Positions 57,007 to 64,000 of a DNA stretch of 64,000 nucleotides are shown one piece after another. The translations under genes were made by a program, and so were the position numbers. Below the pieces are notes generated by a model, which saw nothing but the letters and a program-made list of their open reading frames with translations, was not told the origin of the DNA and searched no databases. This stretch comes from Paragordius varius (Eukaryota > Animalia > Nematomorpha), in contig OZ176051.1 of the NCBI GenBank assembly GCA_964247055.1, positions 7,192,001 to 7,256,000 on the forward strand. The letters run 5' to 3'. Every line of letters begins with the position of its first letter. The first letter of the stretch is position 1.

Positions 57007-57710
57007 GTAGACCCATTCAAATCCAAATATCGAAAAAATATAATCATTAATGAATGCCCCAACAATAGCTTCGCCCTTTTTTTAAATTAGGCCCCCAATT
57101 CGGGCCCACCCCGAGTAAAAAACGCGTTTTTTTTGAAAACACAAGTGCACAAAAATCGTCTCTTTGAGACAATTTTCCGGAGAACGTGTTGGACCATTCA
57201 ATTTCAAATATGATGTTTGCTTAGTTGTTTTCGATTGCGCCGAACAACGTCGTCTCGCTTTTTCAATTTAGGCCCTATTTTTACCCGCTCCCCTCGTAAA
57301 ATGCCATTTTTTTCAAAAAACAAAGTCCACAAAAATAATTTTTTGAATCTATTTTTCGCCAAAGGTATGAGAAAAAATTCTGTTAAAAGGCAAAAATTTT
57401 AGTCAAGCGTTTCTTTATGATAGCTGCTGGGTAAGGAGCTACCCGCTAAAACTGATCCTTCATGTGGCTTGTGATCTGTTTCCGGACCGGTAGACCCATT
57501 CAAAACCAAACGAAAAATTATAATCATTAATGAATGGCCCCGACAATACTTTCGCCCTTTTTTTAAATTAGAGCCCCGATTTGGGCCCATCGCGTTTTTT
57601 TTGAAACAAAAGTCCACGAAAATCGTGTCTTTGATACAATTTTCCGGAGAACGTGTTCGAACATTCAACTTCAAATATTATTTTTGTTTAGTTATTTTCG
57701 ATTGCGCCGC
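57007..57710 (+). repeat. Tandem repeat with a unit of about 480 bp (one and a half copies, plus a stub at about 56275-56296)
   Basis: gtagacccattcaaa..aatcattaatgaatg..ttttccggagaacgtgtt..ttttcgattgcgcc occurs at 57007 and again at 57490. Confidence 0.8.
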
Positions 57711-58754
57711 CCCCCTCCCCCCAAGAAGTCCGAAGGACTCCCTTGGGCTGATTAGCAGCACGAGATTTACGCTAGTAATTGATAAAAATAGTTATTAGAT
57801 ATGTCATAGTATATCATTCAATTGTTGTTAAAATAATCATTCAGGCACCTACATCAAGTTCTAATCATTTCTGGATCCGTGAAATTATATACTGATGATT
57901 TTTAACTAAATATTTAAATAGCCCCTTTACTTCGGCCAGATCCCTAAAGTTATGTGAACGGATAAGCTGGATAGGCTGATTTCTCAGCACAGTACTGGGT
58001 TTTCGAAACTTCGCCTGGACTGCGCTGACTTTTGCACTGCTTTTTGAAATTAAAAAAAATATTTTTAAATATTTTATTATATGATTTACCATTTATTACA
58101 AATAAACTATTGTAGAATTTGATAAAGTACTTTTGTTAAAATAACCCCAATGTGTAAAAAAATAATGGTTCATTTTACGGTAAAAAACTAACATTGGTCC
58201 ATTTTTAATTGATTCATATTTTATTCTATGCTTGATTTATACAGGAAATCGGGTTTGGACCGGTCAAACCGCTAATGAATGCAGCCATTCGCGCAGTGTC
58301 GGAACTATAAATCTCAGACTCTACTGCAAGATTTGGTCTAAATGGCCTTTCCACTTCAGGGCTTCCGCAAAAGAGGCCTTAAAATTTAAAATAACACAAA
58401 TATTAATGATATTTTAGTAAAAATATGCTTTTAAAGTTTTTTTGTTTCATTTTAGTTTCCATTAGTTTAAGTTTTGTTTATTTTTTTTTAAATTGCAGTG
58501 TGTTCGCAAAAAAAATATCCTCAAAGAATATATATTTTAATAGGGAGAAGATTATCATGCTGATTTTGGTTGTGGAGCTTACGAGTGATTTAAATGTGTC
58601 ATTATACTTTTGTGGCTTCCATGTCAAAAACGGCATAATTTATGCACATTTTTTGAATTTGGAACTAAATGCTTCATTCAAAAAAATATTTCTAATATAT
58701 ATCATAAAACTACATATAAAAAACAAAACAATATTTTTGTAAAATGTTAAATAT

Positions 58755-59352
58755 TAGTGGGGGCCGAAAGTCTCAAATTTTTGGACCAATCTTGGCAAAT
58801 TACCCGAGATAGCTAGATAAAAAAATTTAATACATTATGGACTATGGTATTAGAAAAATTTTTTAAAAAAAGCATACTTTGTTCAAAAATTTATTTTCAA
58901 AATTTGTTAAAGAGTACTTGATGCTATTTAGAAGCATTATAAAAACAACGGTATAAGCTTTAGGAATTGTAAAAACACTTTTTCCATTTGAACATTTCTA
59001 TCACTTTTGTGTGAATTTTCGTAAAAAACATATTATATCACAAAATTCAAGACGAACAAATATTTAAATCATACTTTTGAAATTATAGATATGTTCAACA
59101 TCATCGAATTTAAAAGGAAATTGTTTTTATAATATCTTAAAGGGTTCTATACCGTTTCCATCCTGCCTAAAAATAGGATTAAATACGCTTCAACAAAATT
59201 TGGAAAATTGAATAAAATATGCATTTTTTCTGTAATATGTTTTTTTACGTGATGTATTATAAAAAATCGCGACGCGTCACTTTACGTTTGTTTTGAGAGA
59301 ACCAATCGATTTTAAATGGACAAAATATTTGGGTTTTTTGGAGCCTGCATCA
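58755..59352. mobile_element. Probable MITE family C copy
   Basis: Left gtgggggccgaaagtctc, right ttttggagcctgcatc; similar size to 19788-20393. Confidence 0.45.
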
Positions 59353-60750
59353 AAAATTAAAATTTTATGCCTTTTTATTTTGTGTAGTTTATGATATTTT
59401 AGTAATATTTTTTAGAATAAAGCAATTAGCTTTCACCAAAAAATTTTATTTAACAAAATGTGGACATGCCATTTTTTTATGTGGAACACTTACCCCAAAA
59501 GTGTTAACATTCTTATATTGCTCGTGAGGGCCAAAAATAAAAGCACCGTGAAAATTCTGATATTCCTATTATGATATATTTACCAGGATATTTTTTGTAC
59601 CCTATCGGATGAAGCTAGGAGTCGTTTCTTTTTTTGCCAGATGTTTTATTAAATAAAAAACATTTTTAACGAAACTTAATTATATTTTCAAATTATAAAT
59701 TAGCAATAAAATAAATTAATCTATTCAATAAATTTATAAAAATCAGATATTAACACCGGAATCATTTGTCATTTTTGCATCGTTTCATAACTTTTTAATG
59801 TTATAAATGCTACATATGCTAATTTTTTTATTTACAAGTTTTCACTTAAAATTATTTGTTTTTTGGCTATTAACGCACATTATTTATTTATCTTAAACTC
59901 AAAAATATCATTGGAATAAAGGCCAAAAGTTTTGAAATTGAATGTAACCAGTCTAAAACTAAAAACGGTTTCGGCATCCCTGATATTGTTTAATATTTTT
60001 AATTGTTTTTTAATGTGTTTATAAATAGTAAACAATATAATGTGATAATAATAAACCAAAATCTGGTGTAAAAAATAGGCAAAGTATGTTTTAATATTAT
60101 ACTGCGTCTGGGTCAAAAATAACTGGTCACATATAATTAGAGCAAAAACTTGGAATATCAATGTCGGGAAAATCGAAAGCACCAACGTGGTAAAATCAAA
60201 ATGCTTTGGATATAATTAAAAACCAAGATAACGATGCAACAGTTGATATCCATTACGCCCAACCGTACAAGCTGTCGAAACTGGACTTACGAAATAGCGA
60301 TAGACTCTGATTTAAGCTACAACAATATAGTTTATAAATTCTAAACCTATTATTTGAATATAACATAAATACTATATCAATGCGATTTTTTAAAAAAAAT
60401 GCATGTATGCTTGATTTCTTATAATTAAAAAAACTTAAATGCAGTTTAATAATATTAAAATTCAACAGTAGACCAGAATTCATTTATTATAGTAAAATTA
60501 AAATAGAGACAAAGCATAAAAGGAAAAGACTAATATTTTTTATGAACAATCATGTTAAATTTTTCGGGGGCTGGAATGGAAATACCATTGATTTTATATA
60601 ATTATAATCATAAAGGTTAATAAGGATAATCAGAGATCAAAAAATATGGTAAAACATTATTAGTCTGTACCTTTTTTATTAATTTCAATTTGATCTAAAA
60701 AAATCCATATTTTCACCTCTGACCCAACATCATACTTTAATTTATATATA

Positions 60751-61055
60751 CCATTTACAATTCGAACTAACCTTGAACAATTCAAATTCACTCTCTAACA
60801 ATTCAAATTCATCCTATAAATAAATTATGTTTTTCGGGTTAATATAACTCATCATTAATATGAAATAAATTTTTACATTATTTTTTCAGCATTATATTAA
60901 TTTTAAACAGAATTTCATATTTTATAAATAATAAAAGATAAAGGTATTTTTTAATCCTAATGAAACACATTAATTATTTTAGGGTGAATTGGAATTGTTC
61001 GAGGGTTTTGAGGGTGAATTTAAATTGTTCAAGGGTGAATTTGAACTGTAAATGG
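60751..61055. mobile_element. MITE family B copy
   Basis: ta|ccatttacaattcg ... ctgtaaatgg|ta. Confidence 0.85.
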
Positions 61056-62763
61056 TATATTAAACTGATGGCATTGCATAATCCATATTTAATATTAAAT
61101 GAATATTATAATAAAAAAAATTACCATATACGTAAATACTGAACATTATACAATATTTAATTTGAAAAAAATGTGTTTTATTAAAGGACATAAAAATTTT
61201 TGGCAAGTGAAAAAGTTGTATTGAATATTTTCCATGTTCTATTTACACAACTGATAATATCATATCTTAACCAAAAAAATGTTATTGATTATATGGTCTT
61301 TTTATATGTATTTTTGATATTACTCCGTAATTATTTATTTATTTCGATTAGAAAAATATTTTTCCCGAATTAATCCGTTTAAAAATCGTAACTTCTGAAA
61401 ATCCAATTTATCCATATCGTATTGCAATTATGGTATTTATTTTGGGTATTCAAAAATTAATTAATTAAATTGCAATATAAATTTATATATATTTGTAAGT
61501 AAACACCAAATTTTATAAAAATTAAACATATTTGTAAAATTGTTCGGAATGCTAGTGTTTTTTACGAGATTGTGCGATAAACGCCCATCAATTTTAAAAA
61601 TTTTATTTATAAAATTTATATTAAAAAAGAAAACAATTTCTATAAAACAATAGATTCTTACAAAATTATTTGCCACTTACAAAAGTATTAAGGCATAAAT
61701 TTCTATAATATCTAACAAAGATTATCTTTATCAATTGATAATTTGAAATTTAAGTTTAAAATATTTATGAATTAACCCAACTAAGCACACTTAAACCCAC
61801 CATAAATTTTTTGTTAAAAAAATAAAAAAATACATTAATAAATAAATATTATGTTTCAAAAGTATATGTATATATATTTATCATTTCTGTTAATAATGTA
61901 ACAATAAGATATGGTATTATTTGATTAATATATGACGGAATTGACTTTAACCTACTTCGATAACAAAAGTAAAGTAGATATATTGAAACAAAAAGTATCA
62001 AACAAATATTTATTCATACATTATTATTATTTAATAAATTAATATTGTAATTTCATAATAATAAAAAGAAACCTTATATTAATAGTTTTCGATACATAAA
62101 AATATTTGTATCCAGTTTTTATTTGTCATAAAAAAATATATTTTGAAGTCCTGAAAATTTTTATTGGGCAAACATTTTTTCCCGAAACTTCGTTTATTTT
62201 AAATTTAACACGCATATAATATCAAGAATTTTCAATTTAATTTCATATTTTAGGGTAATTATATAGTTTTACATTTTTTAATTATTTGCGAAGAAATTAT
62301 GTGAGATGTACTTAATTCATTTTTTAATAGAATCCCTGATGTGATCCTATAATAATTCGCTATAAATTTCTAAATAAAAGTATGTATGAAATTTTTTTAC
62401 TAAACAAATCCACGATAATAATCATAAAATGATAATCGAAATATATATAATTAATTATTCATATAATCAATATTTTAGCAAAAAAAATAAAATAATTACC
62501 ATATTTTTTTACTATATAGTACTAAAGTTGTTTTGTTTCTAAGAGACAACTAACTATCAAATGAATCCCGATCATATAGAAATACGATTCCTACTAAATA
62601 TTAGAAACATCCATGTCGCGATATACGTATAAAGCCTTACAAAACTACAATTTTTTGTTTATTATGAATTTTTCAACAAGATCTTACACATATATGAATT
62701 ATATCAACCTGATGGATAATATATTATTTTTAAACCGAATGTCAAAATTTTGATTCTGAAAAG

Positions 62764-63987
62764 ATTTGAACCAAATGAAGTGCCTAGAAAGCTATGAGAT
62801 TTTTGGAATCGTATTTGGATCTGTCCTGGGCACGGCGTTTGTAACATTACTTATCACAACAGTGGTGCTATTGAATCGATGGAAATATCAGAATAAACTG
62901 AAAGGTAAGCCAGATTTTTTGCATGTTTCTATCAGACTTTTATTGTATAATATTTATGTAGTATGGAGTGATAAATTTAATTACACTGTTTATCCAAAAA
63001 TATTGGCCTCGATTTAACATTAAACTCGAAATTTTTAAAATTAAAAGTTTTAGATATAGTCCCATGTATTTTATATCATTCGAAAGAGCGTAAAAAACTG
63101 AATCTTTCTAGTGGTATTTAGTTATTTAAATCAGTCTATTATAAAAATTTAGCTTTATATGGTCAAAATTTTTAACCTTTAAATGAGTCATAATATTTTA
63201 TTGACACACTAATTTAAATTGATATAAAATTTAAAAATATCTAAGAAAAGATTTTGGTTTGCTTTTTTATTATTTTACATAGTGAATACTATAATGCATG
63301 GTTATAACTGTAAATTTATTACATAATGCCTATAAACGATCAAGAATATCTTAAACTATATTTCTAGTCTTTATTTGAAATCATAAGCCTTTAAAAGCAA
63401 ATAATTAAAATTGATATGATAGTTTTTAGATAACAAAAAAATAAAAATGGCTGTTTTGAATGACATAAAAGCAATAATTAAGTTGAATCAAAAAAACTTT
63501 CATTGCCATATACACAAAGTTTTAGCTATTTTCATCCATTAGTTTCAAAATATATTCATTACAAATACGCCCTCGCTTCGCGGGTTTGTTGCTTCCTAAC
63601 TCTAATATTAACTAACAATGTAAACGTATACTATGCATTTTATAGAGTATTAATTATGCTTTCATATGATATATAACAAATGGGCATTTGTTGTATATAT
63701 CCAAAGAAAAGCATTCCAAAATTTTGATAAAGAAGGCGCATAATCTTAAAAAATCAAATTATACAAAATTCTTGGGTGTTATAATTATTATTTCTAAAGG
63801 ATAATAAATTTCAGAAAATGCAATAAAAAACTTTAAGGGCAGAAAAATTTCTCTAATTTTATAATATTGGTTCCTTTTGTTTTTTTTTTTTGTATTCTAG
63901 ATAGAACAGGAAGGGCCAATTTTGGTTACCATGATTATAAAAACAGCACCTTAAGAATGGATTCCAATTTTTGTGATGTGGATCATG
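62764..63987 (+). CDS. Partial single-pass membrane protein gene: transmembrane exon plus cytoplasmic exon; runs off the window
   Basis: Exon 62764-62904 (aag|AT..AAA G|gtaagc) encodes EIFGIVFGSVLGTAFVTLLITTVVLLNRWKYQNKLK, a hydrophobic span with basic stop-transfer residues. Exon 63901-63987 (ttctag|AT..CAT G|gtaaca) is phase-compatible. Upstream exons not identified. Confidence 0.7.
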
Positions 63988-64000
63988 GTAACATATAACA

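Noticed and set aside
57217-57798. Short ORFs at 57217, 57399 and 57601
   Set aside because: They fall within the 480-bp tandem repeat and show no protein similarity I can recognise.
1-64000. tRNA, rRNA or prokaryotic/viral insertions
   Set aside because: None recognised; long ORFs other than the orphan at 16569 are explained by spliced animal genes or transposon relics.

Overview
AT-rich (roughly 20-25% GC by eye), intron-containing animal genomic DNA read with the standard genetic code; it is not prokaryotic. The gene set points to an ecdysozoan with very divergent, Asn/Lys/Ile-rich proteins. A horsehair-worm-like genome is a guess, not shown by the sequence. Left to right: (1) an 11-exon scabrous-like secreted fibrinogen-domain gene on the minus strand (1932-11728, about 967 aa), with a MITE in every intron; (2) decayed transposons (RTE LINE, Mos1-like mariner, hAT C-terminus) and an intronless 217-aa orphan ORF; (3) a roughly 50-exon jitterbug-type filamin on the plus strand (21207-53017, three CH domains plus Ig repeats, about 4,400 aa by hand sum), with a 2.17-kb foldback element in intron 1, two WH2-like motifs after CH3, and a candidate alternative first exon encoding a third WH2-like motif; (4) a single-DM13-domain gene lying tail-to-tail with the filamin; (5) nested repeats and two exons of a single-pass membrane protein gene at the right edge. 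All gene models were spliced by hand from GT-AG sites and phase matching; family assignments come from recalled motifs, not database searches. The best novelty candidate is the WH2-like motifs in the filamin.
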